The notes: a model not told the origin generated them from the letters alone. 52,972 nt of DNA from a virus (IMGVR_UViG_3300031688_000024:1-52972), one strand, 5' to 3'. Positions 22,416-33,093 are shown, counted from the first letter of the stretch. A program made the numbers and translations.

Positions 22416-22424
22416 GCAAAGATA
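22416..22424 (-). promoter_or_regulatory. Bacteroidota sigma-A -7 element (TATCTTTG) for dnaK
   Basis: GCAAAGATA on + reads TATCTTTGC on -, about 35 nt before the start. Confidence 0.65.
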
Positions 22425-22615
22425 GGTTTTATTATTGATACTCACAGAATAATTCACTTTTTTTTGTGAAAGTTTGTGAGACTAAAACATTATGTCTATC
22501 TTTGTGGTCAATATAAATCAAATTACGAACCAATTTGGTTAAACTGACAAACTGACATATAATATGGACAAAACACTGACATCACTAATAATGTTGTTTT
22601 TTAAAGAAAAAGTAT

Positions 22616-22624
22616 TATATTTGT
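22616..22624 (+). promoter_or_regulatory. Bacteroidota sigma-A -7 element (TAnnTTTG); representative of about 12 copies
   Basis: TATATTTGT here; further copies near 22496, 24715, 28527, 30072, 32669, 34491, 35729, 43134, 46163, 50145, 51401 and 52165, all in intergenic or gene-start positions. Confidence 0.75.
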
Positions 22625-22657
22625 AATAGAAATAAAAACGTAAAACTAAAGACATAG

Positions 22658-24685
22658 ATGGATACAGAATACGATGAACAAGGTGGAGGTAGAAAACTCC
22701 CAATAAAAAGACAAAAGAATGATTCTCGTACCCCAGTACTTGATAACTTTTCTAGGGACCTTATTAAATTAGCGGAATTAGGTAAAATAGACCCCGTTAT
22801 TGGTCGGGATTTAGAAATTCGTAGAGTAGCTCAAATTCTTTCGAGACGTAAGAAAAATAACCCAATCATTATCGGGGAACCTGGTTGTGGTAAAACTGCA
22901 TTAGTGGAGGGGTTAGCAATAAAAATTCATGAGGGTGATTGTCCTAAGAACCTTGCGGATAAACGTATTGTATCTTTAGACTTAACATCGATAGTTGCCG
23001 GTACTAAATACCGTGGACAGTTCGAAGAACGTCTAAAAGCAATTTTAGAGGAATTACAGGATAACGATAATGTTATTGTATTCATCGATGAAATTCATAC
23101 AATTATAGGTACCGGTAACTCATCAGGTTCGTTAGATGCGTCTAATATAATTAAACCAGCACTATCTCGTGGTGAGATTCAATGTATTGGTGCTACAACA
23201 TTAGATGAGTATCGTGAGAACATCGAAAAGGATGGGGCATTAGAGCGTAGATTCCAAAAGGTCATGGTGGAAGCGGCGACAATGGAAGAGACACTAATAA
23301 TCCTTAATAACATTAAAGGGAAATATGAGGACCACCATAAAGTGGTTTATACTGATGAGTCATTAAAGGCTTGTGTCGTGTTAGCCGAGAGATATATCAC
23401 CGACCGTGAATTTCCTGATAAGGCTATCGACATTTTAGATGAGGTCGGGGCTAAGGCTCAGGTTGAGGTTAAACTCCCTGAATTTTTGGAGGAATTGAAG
23501 GAAGAGGTCCATGTTATTAAGAAAAAGAAGTTAGACGTGGTTAAGAACCAAAACTATGAAATCGCAGCGGAACTTCGTGACCAAGAGAAGAAACTACTCA
23601 GTAAATTAGATACCGAGAAGACTGAGTGGGAACGTAAACAAAACGAAGATAGGACTAAAATCTATGAGGAGGATGTTTATCAAATAGTCTCAGACATGAC
23701 TAAAATACCAATTACGCGTTTAGATAGTAATGAGTCGGAATCTCTTTTATCGTTAGAAGATAATATTAAACAGAACGTAATTGGTCAGGACGAAGCAGTT
23801 AAGAAAATAGCAAAGGCTATCCGTAGAAATCGAGTGGGAATTAAAGAACCAAACAGACCGATTGGGTCGTTTATATTCTTAGGGTCCACTGGAGTTGGTA
23901 AGACTCACTTAGCAAAGACACTGGCTCGTGAAATATTCGGCGATGAGTCGGCGATGATTCGTGTCGATATGTCGGAGTTAATGGAGAAACATTCTGTCTC
24001 TCGTTTAGTGGGTTCACCCCCAGGATATGTAGGCCACGATGAAGGTGGTCAGTTAACCGAACAGGTTAAGAATAAACCATATTCGGTAATACTTTTCGAT
24101 GAGATTGAGAAAGCACACAAAGACGTGTTTAACATATTACTTCAAGTATTAGATGAGGGTCATTTAACTGACGGATTAGGACGTAAAATTAACTTTAAGA
24201 ATACTCTTATCATTATGACGTCAAACGTAGGAGCACGTAAGCTTCAGGACTTTGGAACGGGAGTTGGATTCACCACAGATTCTTTGGCAACACAACGTGA
24301 GGAATTAACGAAAGGTATCATACAGAAAGCATTGAAAAATGAATTTGCACCTGAATTCCTAAATAGATTAGACGATATAATTGTTTTTAAATCATTAGAG
24401 AAAAAACACGTATCTGATATCGTAAAAATTGAATTAGGAAAATTAACTAAAAGGTTAGTTGAACGAGGTTATCGAATTACGATGGGACCATCAATTGCCG
24501 AACTAATTTCAGATAAAGGGTATGACAGTAAGTTCGGGGCACGTCCTATTCGTAGAGCGATTCAGGACTACTTAGAAGACTTTATCTCAGAAGAGGTACT
24601 TAGACAAAACATAGTGGAAGGTAAAAAATATTCCCTTAAGGTTACTAAAGGTAGTGATAAGATTATTGTGACTGAAAAGTCATAA
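22658..24685 (+). CDS. clpC: ClpC-type AAA+ unfoldase lacking the N-terminal Clp repeat domain
   Basis: Two Walker A motifs ([16 protein letters not shown]), UVR-like M-domain [12 protein letters not shown], ClpP-docking loop GVGF. Confidence 0.9.
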   Translation: MDTEYDEQGGGRKLPIKRQKNDSRTPVLDNFSRDLIKLAELGKIDPVIGRDLEIRRVAQILSRRKKNNPIIIGEPGCGKTALVEGLAIKIHEGDCPKNLADKRIVSLDLTSIVAGTKYRGQFEERLKAILEELQDNDNVIVFIDEIHTIIGTGNSSGSLDASNIIKPALSRGEIQCIGATTLDEYRENIEKDGALERRFQKVMVEAATMEETLIILNNIKGKYEDHHKVVYTDESLKACVVLAERYITDREFPDKAIDILDEVGAKAQVEVKLPEFLEELKEEVHVIKKKKLDVVKNQNYEIAAELRDQEKKLLSKLDTEKTEWERKQNEDRTKIYEEDVYQIVSDMTKIPITRLDSNESESLLSLEDNIKQNVIGQDEAVKKIAKAIRRNRVGIKEPNRPIGSFIFLGSTGVGKTHLAKTLAREIFGDESAMIRVDMSELMEKHSVSRLVGSPPGYVGHDEGGQLTEQVKNKPYSVILFDEIEKAHKDVFNILLQVLDEGHLTDGLGRKINFKNTLIIMTSNVGARKLQDFGTGVGFTTDSLATQREELTKGIIQKALKNEFAPEFLNRLDDIIVFKSLEKKHVSDIVKIELGKLTKRLVERGYRITMGPSIAELISDKGYDSKFGARPIRRAIQDYLEDFISEEVLRQNIVEGKKYSLKVTKGSDKIIVTEKS

Positions 24686-24743
24686 TAATCTTTGCCATTC
24701 AAAAATAAAATACTATATTTGTAGATAATAAAATCACAAAGAA

Positions 24744-25790
24744 ATGAACAAAGAAAGATTAGACAGATTCAAAGACCTATTATCAGTACCTAGTAAGTCT
24801 GAGCAAGAGCATTTTATGGTTTCACACATCACAGATGTGTTAGATGAGATGATACACTTAGGGTTACAGGTAGATTACTATGTTGATGAAATTTCTAATA
24901 TATATGTAACAAAGGGGGTTAGTGATTTATACCCCTGTTATATATCTCATACCGATACTGTACATCAAATTACCAACATTAACGTTAAACAAGGGGTCTC
25001 TAAGAAACCACCGACATTCGGTAAGAATTTTGGGGATGATGTGTTTGATATCCTTTATGGGTTAGACGATAATGGTGAATTAACTGGTATTGGTGGTGAC
25101 GATAAATGTGGGATTTTCATTTGTTTGGAGATGGTTAGGAACCTAGAGAGATGTAAGGCGGCGTTCTTCGTTTCAGAGGAAATAGGTTGTATCGGGTCAA
25201 ACGGAGCGGATTTAGAGTTCTTTAATGATGTGTCTTTCATATGTGAATATGATGCCCCCGGAGACCACTTAATCTCTGAAATATCGTCAGGGGTTAGATT
25301 ATACGAGTCTAACGGAGACTTTATTAATGATTTAAAACCTGAAATAGAGTCGGCGTTTGGTAATCCACTTATCGAACAATCACACCCATTCACTGACGTA
25401 ATGGTATTATCATCTAAACTACCAATATGTTGTATTAATATATCGTGTGGTTATTATAATATGCATTCAGAAAGAGAATTTGTTGGAATTGATGATGTTG
25501 AAAGAGCAATACAGTCAGGACTGAACATATCCAAATATGGGTATGATGAGAAATACTACTTTGAGGAGTCATCCCCAACTTACGTAAACGACTCATCAGA
25601 CGACTATTATGAATCGGAAAAAACTACATGGTTAAGTGATGACTTAGTAGTGTTCGATGAAGACAACATGGGTATAGTAATCGAACAATACGAATCTAGA
25701 CACCATGTCTCGTTAACTGAGAGAGAAATGAAAAAACTTTATACTCTTCTTAAGGAAAAATACGAAGGAGCTCAACTCAATCTATTTTAA
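24744..25790 (+). CDS. M20/M28-like zinc peptidase
   Basis: SHTDTV, GGDDKCG, SEEIGC and GYYNMH motifs. Confidence 0.85.
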   Translation: MNKERLDRFKDLLSVPSKSEQEHFMVSHITDVLDEMIHLGLQVDYYVDEISNIYVTKGVSDLYPCYISHTDTVHQITNINVKQGVSKKPPTFGKNFGDDVFDILYGLDDNGELTGIGGDDKCGIFICLEMVRNLERCKAAFFVSEEIGCIGSNGADLEFFNDVSFICEYDAPGDHLISEISSGVRLYESNGDFINDLKPEIESAFGNPLIEQSHPFTDVMVLSSKLPICCINISCGYYNMHSEREFVGIDDVERAIQSGLNISKYGYDEKYYFEESSPTYVNDSSDDYYESEKTTWLSDDLVVFDEDNMGIVIEQYESRHHVSLTEREMKKLYTLLKEKYEGAQLNLF

Positions 25791-28214
25791 AAACTGTTTC
25801 GATTCTTTTTTTCTACGAGCGGTTAATCCTTTAGTAAACCCACCATGAATCATAGTACTATCTGTTGGTAGTAACTTCGCAGCTTCGGTATGTTTACCCT
25901 TCTTAACTAATTTGATAAATTCTGAACTTCTAAGGTTCGGACAACCAGAATTAAATGATAATGACACTAGTACGTCAAACATATTTTGAGTTATCATATA
26001 TGAATTTAATCCTTGTTTTTTCCACCCCATTAAAAACCTTCTAACACAATTCGCAGCCTCTGTTGCGTCAACATTTAGTAATTCCTGTGCCTGTTCTTTT
26101 GTGATAACATCACCCATTTTCGGCGTCTTACCTGACATCGCTCCTGTATGTCCCCATCCTATTGTTGTTCGACCGTCACCTAAACGATAGGCATTTAAAA
26201 CAGGACTACCATTGGTCCCAATCGCACCTTCAAGGGATTTTAAATCGGTCCAAAACGTTTTAGACGCTCTAAGTTTAGTTCCGTCCAATAATGTACGGTT
26301 ATCCTTATTCAACTTATTAGGTGTTTCTATTTTCGTACTCACCACTTTAGGTATTCTATTTGTGATGTATTTAATTGATGGGTAACTTACGTCTTCACCA
26401 TTAATGTTCGTATTTGAGTACTCTGTAACCTTAACTCGATTAACCTTTCCATCGATAGTCATTAATAAGTCTTTCCCGTCCCACGTTACGATAGATTTAC
26501 TATATATGGTTATTTTTGCCGGGTCACCATTTAGTGAAACATTGTCCTCACCATAGTGACGTACTAACCCCCCCATTATCCCATAATAACTGACAATGTT
26601 CTCTTCTTTTTGTTCTAATAGTCGACCCTCATTCAAGTCTAATGAAAGTTGTTTTAGTAAGTTAACTATCTCACCAATACTAAATAATCGTTTTTCAAAC
26701 TTCTCACTACCCTTCTCGGTTTCTAACCAAACTACGTGACCCTCATGTTGTATTATATACCCATAATAATAAAGGTATCTACCATCCGAAGTCTTTTTAA
26801 CATTTTTATCCGTATACCCATTATTTTCCCCATACTTGAACGAATATCGGTGAAATACGTTTCCATCATTTGCTCTGTCCCATTGTCGACCATATCTATC
26901 AGATTTCGTACTACTATCATTAGTAATCTCTAACCCTAAAGATAAAATGTGTTTTTTATCATTATTAAATTCTTTAATTTCATCTAAATAATTCATTTCG
27001 ATGTCCTCCATCATTTCATCCTTCCATGCTATAATCCACGGTTTAAGTTCACCCCATCTGGTATCGTCACTATAGTCGTATCTGGCCTCGTCGTAACTCC
27101 AAAGGTCCGCACCTGAACCCACCTGACTATTCAGTTTTTTATCCTGTATTAGGTCTAGTACTGTTAGTTCTTTATTTCTAATTTGAATTAGATAACGAAT
27201 TAATTTGTCGACTTGGAAGGTATATTCTTTTTGGTATTCCACCTCTTCGAGTCCGACTAGTCTTTCACCAGCATCTAACCACTCATCGTATGATTTGTTT
27301 AACGCGTCCTTAAACCCTTGTGCGTGTGACTCAACATACGTTTCTTGGTACTCCTCGGATATTTTTTCCTCCCATTTAGGGAAGTGACTCTGTAAAAGGG
27401 ATTTTAATTCGAATGCGAAACCATCATTAATGAAATTATGATTGGATGACCTATCTGCGGACGAGGCTTCATGTTTAAAGGTGAAACCTAATTTAGTGAA
27501 AAACTCATGTAATTCCAATGCGTGGTCCGCACCTATCTGTATAAGATGGTAACACTCGTCTTGGACGTCCTGATACGCGGAATCCGTATAATATTCATAA
27601 TCAGCACCATGACTACCGATATCATATAACGAATAATTCTCGGATTGCTCGGCAAAAAACTCAAGCCATTCTGATTCGCTCTCAAACTCAAAAGTTAAGA
27701 CACCACGTCTACCGATAACCGCAATATTTGTGAGGTATTCCTCACTATATTGAGACTCCATATCGTCCGTCCATTTATTAGTTAATATGTTAAAACACAC
27801 CTCGTAAAGGGTTAATTCCTTAACCTCTACTTCGTCGTTTTCATTTTCACGTAACGTTTTTCGTCTTTTAATGAAAGTGTCGGTCTCATATTGGTTCTTT
27901 TCTGCCCAATCCTTAACGTCCTCTAACTCATCCCCAATCCCGAATGGAACATTCATTTGACCACTAATCCTTTCAACACCCACCACTCTCTCTGACGGAG
28001 TATAATAAACAATTGATGAGCTACTTTGACTCCCGATTGATGGCGGTTTCTTAATAATAAGTTTATTGGAAAGTCCCATCAACAATTCGATTGTGAATCC
28101 GTTTGGTGATTTCTTTCCATCCTCTTTCTTATTTGGTAGTTCCAAAGATGTTGAACTCTCCTTTAAGTATTCCTTAAGGTATTGGTCATATATAATATTT
28201 AAGTTATTTTCCAT
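25782..28214 (-). CDS. Large multidomain protein with C-terminal GH24 phage lysozyme
   Basis: LEG...AYRLGDGRTTIGWGH...FDVLVSLSFNSG...GLTARRKKE. Confidence 0.85.
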   Translation of the reverse strand: MENNLNIIYDQYLKEYLKESSTSLELPNKKEDGKKSPNGFTIELLMGLSNKLIIKKPPSIGSQSSSSIVYYTPSERVVGVERISGQMNVPFGIGDELEDVKDWAEKNQYETDTFIKRRKTLRENENDEVEVKELTLYEVCFNILTNKWTDDMESQYSEEYLTNIAVIGRRGVLTFEFESESEWLEFFAEQSENYSLYDIGSHGADYEYYTDSAYQDVQDECYHLIQIGADHALELHEFFTKLGFTFKHEASSADRSSNHNFINDGFAFELKSLLQSHFPKWEEKISEEYQETYVESHAQGFKDALNKSYDEWLDAGERLVGLEEVEYQKEYTFQVDKLIRYLIQIRNKELTVLDLIQDKKLNSQVGSGADLWSYDEARYDYSDDTRWGELKPWIIAWKDEMMEDIEMNYLDEIKEFNNDKKHILSLGLEITNDSSTKSDRYGRQWDRANDGNVFHRYSFKYGENNGYTDKNVKKTSDGRYLYYYGYIIQHEGHVVWLETEKGSEKFEKRLFSIGEIVNLLKQLSLDLNEGRLLEQKEENIVSYYGIMGGLVRHYGEDNVSLNGDPAKITIYSKSIVTWDGKDLLMTIDGKVNRVKVTEYSNTNINGEDVSYPSIKYITNRIPKVVSTKIETPNKLNKDNRTLLDGTKLRASKTFWTDLKSLEGAIGTNGSPVLNAYRLGDGRTTIGWGHTGAMSGKTPKMGDVITKEQAQELLNVDATEAANCVRRFLMGWKKQGLNSYMITQNMFDVLVSLSFNSGCPNLRSSEFIKLVKKGKHTEAAKLLPTDSTMIHGGFTKGLTARRKKESKQFLK

Positions 28215-28581
28215 AATAAAGTAGTTTCCTATGTGTTAAATATAAATATAACCCACATAATATAAATACCTAAGACTATAATCTATTCATCATAAATAAA
28301 TTTAATTGATTTTAACGAATATTTTATTTATAAGACTTTACTTTGATTTCAAATTCGATACTAGTTATTATACCAGTTTTTATAGTGTAATATATAATAC
28401 ATTAATACAATATAAATTAACTATTATTAAATGCGCATAGAGAATTTTTCAACTTTCTTTTAACCCTCCCACATCATTTTCGATATTTTATTACCAATAA
28501 AGGTTGACGGTAATCATTAATTACTTACCTTTGTAGAGTCCTAATTTATTAGGGGTTTAATTTATTGTATCGTAGTAATAA

Positions 28582-28846
28582 CCTGACGGGTCAGACAATG
28601 TAGCTGAGACATATAACCGGAGTTAACGCTAACGTGGGAGATAGACCCATCAATGATTAATCATTTTTTAATAGTAAATCTCTCACCGAGGAAAACCTTT
28701 AAAACAGATTCACAACTGCAGAGGTCGCTAGATTAGACAATATGAAATGTGAGTATTGTCCACTATTAAATTAAAAAGTGTCTTGGTCCGCTCTGGAGTA
28801 ATTCAACGACAAGGTCTCGGTAGACAATCGTAATTGATTCTACCCA
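28582..28846 (+). ncRNA. Candidate structured ncRNA (~260 nt) with a loop-loop pairing
   Basis: Nested helices GCTGAGAC/GTCTCGGT, CCGGAG/CTCTGG, GTGGGAGAT/ATCTCTCAC, GACAATAT/GTATTGTC; TTTAATAGT/ACTATTAAA crossing pair; downstream of promoter at 28527. Confidence 0.6.
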
Positions 28847-28850
28847 ATCT

Positions 28851-28924
28851 GCCTCCATAGCTCAGTTGGCTAGAGCAGCTGATTTGTAATCAGCAGGTCG
28901 TAAGTTCGAGTCTTACTGGAGGCT
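28851..28924 (+). tRNA. tRNA-Thr(TGT)
   Basis: Cloverleaf, anticodon loop TTTGTAA. Confidence 0.95.
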
Positions 28925-28940
28925 CAAAATAATTAATAAT

Positions 28941-29126
28941 ATGAAAAAACTATATAGATACCCAGAAAAGGGATACCTTGGTGGAGTTTGTCACGGAATG
29001 GGATTACATACTAATACGGACCCAATTTTATGGAGGTTAATCGCTCTTTTTGGTGGTTTTGGATTAATATACCTTATTTTATGGGTTTTCCTTAAGAAGG
29101 GATACTCAATGAAAGGAGTGATTTAA
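28941..29126 (+). CDS. PspC domain membrane protein
   Basis: KKLYR....YLGGVCHG.....DP.LWR.......LIYLILW. Confidence 0.9.
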   Translation: MKKLYRYPEKGYLGGVCHGMGLHTNTDPILWRLIALFGGFGLIYLILWVFLKKGYSMKGVI

Positions 29127-29139
29127 AAAAAATTAATAT

Positions 29140-29268
29140 ATGAGTAGTAAATATTTTAAAAACAAACAAGAAAATAAGACACCTGACAATCAAAAAGGTC
29201 GTGGGGGTAAATCAAATAGTAAAAGTGCAAAACCCAGTCAAGTTAAAAAGGCTGGTAGGGGAAAGTAA
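29140..29268 (+). CDS. Small basic protein (42 aa, not in the ORF track)
   Basis: MSSKYFKNKQENKTPDNQKGRGGKSNSKSAKPSQVKKAGRGK; fills the gap between neighbours; A-rich start. Confidence 0.6.
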   Translation: MSSKYFKNKQENKTPDNQKGRGGKSNSKSAKPSQVKKAGRGK

Positions 29269-29270
29269 TT

Positions 29271-29657
29271 GTGAAAAAGTTATCTAAGTATTTTGAGTTC
29301 TCAGGAACAATAGGTGGGCTAACATACCTACTTAGAATACTCCTAACGACCTGTTTGATTTCTATTGGTGGAATATTATTTGAAGAACCTATTAGAGGGG
29401 GAAATATACCTCTAACTCTTTTATCGTTCATATTACTACTCCCATTAGTGTGGGTACTACTGTCAACTAAATATAAAAGGGTAAACGCTTTCGATAGGGA
29501 AATGGTTAACATTTATACCATTGGTATTATTACCACTTATGTGGTGTCAAATCTCACATCCGATAGGTTGGTATCAATAATGTTAACGATGTTTTTATTC
29601 GGAATTGATTTGACTATGATACTTAAAGATAGTAACATTAAAAACCATAAGGGATAA
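29271..29657 (+). CDS. Membrane protein (DUF805-like)
   Basis: YFEFSGTI start, several hydrophobic segments, KRV motif. Confidence 0.6.
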   Translation: MKKLSKYFEFSGTIGGLTYLLRILLTTCLISIGGILFEEPIRGGNIPLTLLSFILLLPLVWVLLSTKYKRVNAFDREMVNIYTIGIITTYVVSNLTSDRLVSIMLTMFLFGIDLTMILKDSNIKNHKG

Positions 29658-29676
29658 TCACCTTAAACAAAGATTA

Positions 29677-29761
29677 GGAGAATTGGCAGAGCGGTCGAAT
29701 GCGGCAGTCTTGAAAACTGTTGAGGGTAAGACCTCCGGGGGTTCGAATCCCTCATTCTCCG
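29677..29761 (+). tRNA. tRNA-Ser(TGA)
   Basis: Class II cloverleaf, loop CTTGAAA. Confidence 0.95.
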
Positions 29762-29777
29762 CAGTAAATTAGAATGG

Positions 29778-30017
29778 TTAATCCTCAGGGTTAACCATTT
29801 TTTTTGTTACTAACATATAACACCACAATGCAATCATATTTAAGTAGGAAATCGTTTTTAATAATGTTTCCACGTAAAATAAGGTCATTGGGTTGATATT
29901 AGTAGTTGTGAGTAGGGTAACATTAACCCCCCTTAAAAGTCCCACCAACATAATAGTCATGAATATACCCGTCATTGTCATATGTTTAGTATATTTCACA
30001 TTCTCACCTACCCCCAT
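29778..30017 (-). CDS. Small membrane protein
   Basis: 79 aa with two hydrophobic segments. Confidence 0.45.
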   Translation of the reverse strand: MGVGENVKYTKHMTMTGIFMTIMLVGLLRGVNVTLLTTTNINPMTLFYVETLLKTISYLNMIALWCYMLVTKKMVNPED

Positions 30018-30105
30018 AAATTAACCTTTTAAATAAGTATTAATTAAGTTGTGCGTATGACAATAAAAATATATCTTTGTTGTTCGAAAACTTAAAAACA
30101 TACCG

Positions 30106-30867
30106 ATGAAACACATTACTAAACTATTACTGGTAGTATTATTATTTTTAACGTCTTGTCAGGAAGACGGAACATGGTTAAACGAGTCAATGTCCGAGGA
30201 GGATTACGACCCTAACCCGAGTACTAGTCGAATCATATCCCATTTTAATGAGATGATACATCATTCCGAAATCGACTTTGATGACATGAATCAAATACCG
30301 ATGGTTATGAAATACATAGATACCGTTAAAGTATATGTACAGGGGAGTGGAGTAAAGGATAGACACCGTAACATAGTTAATAACGTAATTAACGACTTTA
30401 ATGTTCACTCTGAAGGGTCAGAATTCTACGCAATTATAGTGTCGGACTCATTAATCGCAAATAATTACGTCTTTTTTGGGGACCCTCGAGATTGGGTGGA
30501 CCTATGGAGTGCCTACCCGGATAGTATCACTGATACTGAAATATTTAAAAGTACTAATGGGGGTTTGAGTGAGACAGTTTTCAATGGGGAGGAAGAAATC
30601 CAATTCTCAAGATGGTTTGTCAATACCAATAACACTTACACCGATAAGGAATATTGGGTTTCATTACATGAATTCGGTCACTCCATTGGGTTTGGTTTTC
30701 ACACCACAACACCATCAACCATAATGGCGGATGGGTACCTATCCTATTTTAACGATTTTTTACACCCATTAGATAAGTCAGTTTTGAAACTATTATATTC
30801 TGATGAACTACCTCCTGGGACTACGAAATCCGAGACATCTATAATACTACCGACATTACTTAATTGA
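30106..30867 (+). CDS. Lipoprotein with zincin/metzincin-like metallopeptidase domain
   Basis: Lipobox LTSC; HEFGHSIGFGFH and STIM Met-turn. Confidence 0.8.
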   Translation: MKHITKLLLVVLLFLTSCQEDGTWLNESMSEEDYDPNPSTSRIISHFNEMIHHSEIDFDDMNQIPMVMKYIDTVKVYVQGSGVKDRHRNIVNNVINDFNVHSEGSEFYAIIVSDSLIANNYVFFGDPRDWVDLWSAYPDSITDTEIFKSTNGGLSETVFNGEEEIQFSRWFVNTNNTYTDKEYWVSLHEFGHSIGFGFHTTTPSTIMADGYLSYFNDFLHPLDKSVLKLLYSDELPPGTTKSETSIILPTLLN

Positions 30868-30987
30868 CATTCAACCGATAGTTTACTATCATTACAATAC
30901 GTAAGACAAATAAACGTCTAACTGCGTCAAATCAGACGTCCCAGAGGATTCTCAACTCACTAAACAGGAGATGGTGGAGCACGATAA

Positions 30988-31011
30988 ATAACCCCATTTT
31001 GGGGTTTTTTA
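30988..31011 (+). terminator. Intrinsic terminator
   Basis: AACCCCA-ttt-TGGGGTT followed by a T run. Confidence 0.75.
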
Positions 31012-31041
31012 TTACTTATTAAACAGTTAAAAATAATACTT

Positions 31042-31275
31042 ATGAAGACAGTTAAGAATAGTAATGGAGACGTTAAGAGGGTTGACGAAGGCACTGCAAC
31101 CAACTTAGTTAATAGTGGTGTGTGGTCCTTTTGTCCTAAATCGGAATATAGGGGTAATAGAAAGAAAACAACACCAAATACAAAATCTGAGGACGACGTG
31201 GATTTACAGTCTAGAGGATTGTCGGACAAAAAATTAAGGAAAGAAAGAAGACTCGCGAAGTCAAATAAGAAATAG
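31042..31275 (+). CDS. Small basic hypothetical protein
   Basis: 77 aa; VKRV....A..LV..G.W.FCPKSE. Confidence 0.65.
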   Translation: MKTVKNSNGDVKRVDEGTATNLVNSGVWSFCPKSEYRGNRKKTTPNTKSEDDVDLQSRGLSDKKLRKERRLAKSNKK

Positions 31276-31276
31276 G

Positions 31277-32635
31277 TTGAAACGAGTAAAACTAATACTT
31301 TTTAGTTCGGATAGGTTATCATATAACCCACTTTCCGAAAAGATGTTAGAATTCACAGAGTTCTACATCGATAGGATTAGTCAGTCCACTGAATTTCACT
31401 GTGAGACGATTAAAGTCAATACAATTGACGCTGCACTGGAGCATCATATTGATGGGTTTGACTATGCTATATTCATGGCGTCAGGTAACCGAATTTACAA
31501 TTCCAAAGATTTACTTCCTGAATTAATAACACCATTTATCGAAAACCCTAAACTAACGTTAATGGGGCATATATTAGATAGGAAAGAAAAGTGGTACGAA
31601 TTAAATCATCAGTTTTTCACTATTGATGTTAACAATTGGGTGAAATGTGGTCGACCATCATATAATAAAATAGATGTAGGTAAACTAATAGAGGTGAAAA
31701 GAAGTGATGAGAATTTTCACGACGATTATACTCCATTATGGGTTGAAAAAGGAGATACGTTTCGTAATTACGAGAATACCGAGCAGGGGGCTAACTTAAT
31801 AAACCAAATACTTACTAATGATTATGATGTCCAAATATATGGAGGAAACATCAAGTCTAAAAAGGTATATCTATACCCTGAATATAACTCCAAGATATTC
31901 CACCAACTAATTTTAGATAAAGGGGTAACTGAGGACATCGATTATAATAAAAAGACTCACTTAAAGTCCCTATTACACGGTAACTCGACATGGGTTTTCA
32001 ATACGGAAGAAATGGAACTAACTAAGGACCATAAAGGTGAGTCGTTCAATGTGATATCACTACCATCCGCCGGGTTTAAGTTTTTAGACGTGGTTAAGGG
32101 TAATTACCTTTCGGAAGGGGGTAAAATTATTTTTTACGACTTTAATGTTAAAAGTGTTAGGTGGATTAAATATATTTTAGAGAGTAACTATGATACTATT
32201 CATGACTTAGTTCGTAATTTTGACGATAAGTGGGGTCTAATCGGTAAGCGAGGTGAGGGACTTTTAGATGATAATGATGGAATGACAGACTCAATGAGGG
32301 AAAATGTTAATGAGGTTTATGATTATTATGGTGGTATCGATAACTTTAAAGAATACTTAAAAACATTTAAAGGGTACCATATTGAGTACCACGACATTAA
32401 TATTATTGATAACCCTGAGTCTATTTATGGTCTTATGGGTGGGGAGAATAACCTAATAAATGTCTCCAACATATACTCAACAGACTACTCAAATATGTTT
32501 TACGGAAAATCTAAAATGACTAAAATTTTCAATAAATCAGTAACTTACATACAATCACCAACACTGATAGTTGGTAGGGGTGTTGATGTATCATACTCCG
32601 AGACTTTTTACGATAAAACCGAAAAAAATATATAA
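31277..32635 (+). CDS. Hypothetical protein (possible glycosyl- or methyltransferase-like folds)
   Basis: 452 aa; GHILD, HDDYTPLW and IIFYDFN segments; family not certain. Confidence 0.55.
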   Translation: MKRVKLILFSSDRLSYNPLSEKMLEFTEFYIDRISQSTEFHCETIKVNTIDAALEHHIDGFDYAIFMASGNRIYNSKDLLPELITPFIENPKLTLMGHILDRKEKWYELNHQFFTIDVNNWVKCGRPSYNKIDVGKLIEVKRSDENFHDDYTPLWVEKGDTFRNYENTEQGANLINQILTNDYDVQIYGGNIKSKKVYLYPEYNSKIFHQLILDKGVTEDIDYNKKTHLKSLLHGNSTWVFNTEEMELTKDHKGESFNVISLPSAGFKFLDVVKGNYLSEGGKIIFYDFNVKSVRWIKYILESNYDTIHDLVRNFDDKWGLIGKRGEGLLDDNDGMTDSMRENVNEVYDYYGGIDNFKEYLKTFKGYHIEYHDINIIDNPESIYGLMGGENNLINVSNIYSTDYSNMFYGKSKMTKIFNKSVTYIQSPTLIVGRGVDVSYSETFYDKTEKNI

Positions 32636-32697
32636 TCAGAGAGGGTTGTTAGTTTAACTTTATTAACTTATCTTTGTGATGTTAAAAAGTTATAATC

Positions 32698-32779
32698 ACT
32701 TGGGTGGTGGAATTGGTAGACACGTCAGACTTAAAATCTGATTCCTTTTGGAGTGTGGGTTCGATTCCCATCCCGAGTA
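32698..32779 (+). tRNA. tRNA-Leu(TAA)
   Basis: Class II cloverleaf, loop CTTAAAA. Confidence 0.93.
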
Positions 32780-32998
32780 CAAAATAAGAGAAGTAGTAAA
32801 GCTGATTAAATTGAGAAACATAGGTAAAGGTTAACCTCTCATTCACGCAGTAACCTCGAAAGACCCGAACCTTCTCTTATGTTATTTAAAACCACTCAGG
32901 TTCAGATATAGAAATATATTGAGGATAATTCAGTCACCCGCACCTCGAAAGAGAAAAAACTTTAGACTGACAAGTGAGGAATGTGGGAGCCTTACAAT

Positions 32999-33072
<74 letters not shown>

Positions 33073-33093
33073 CAAATATTAATAAATTGAATT

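Noticed and set aside
28686-28700. CCGAGGAAAACC as RNase P RNA conserved region I
   Set aside because: Lacks GAAAGTCC and the matching 3' ACAGAA...GGCTTA element; kept only as an unknown RNA
32797-32816. Hammerhead ribozyme (CTGATTA...GAAAC)
   Set aside because: Core is not CTGAnGA and no stem II separates the two motifs
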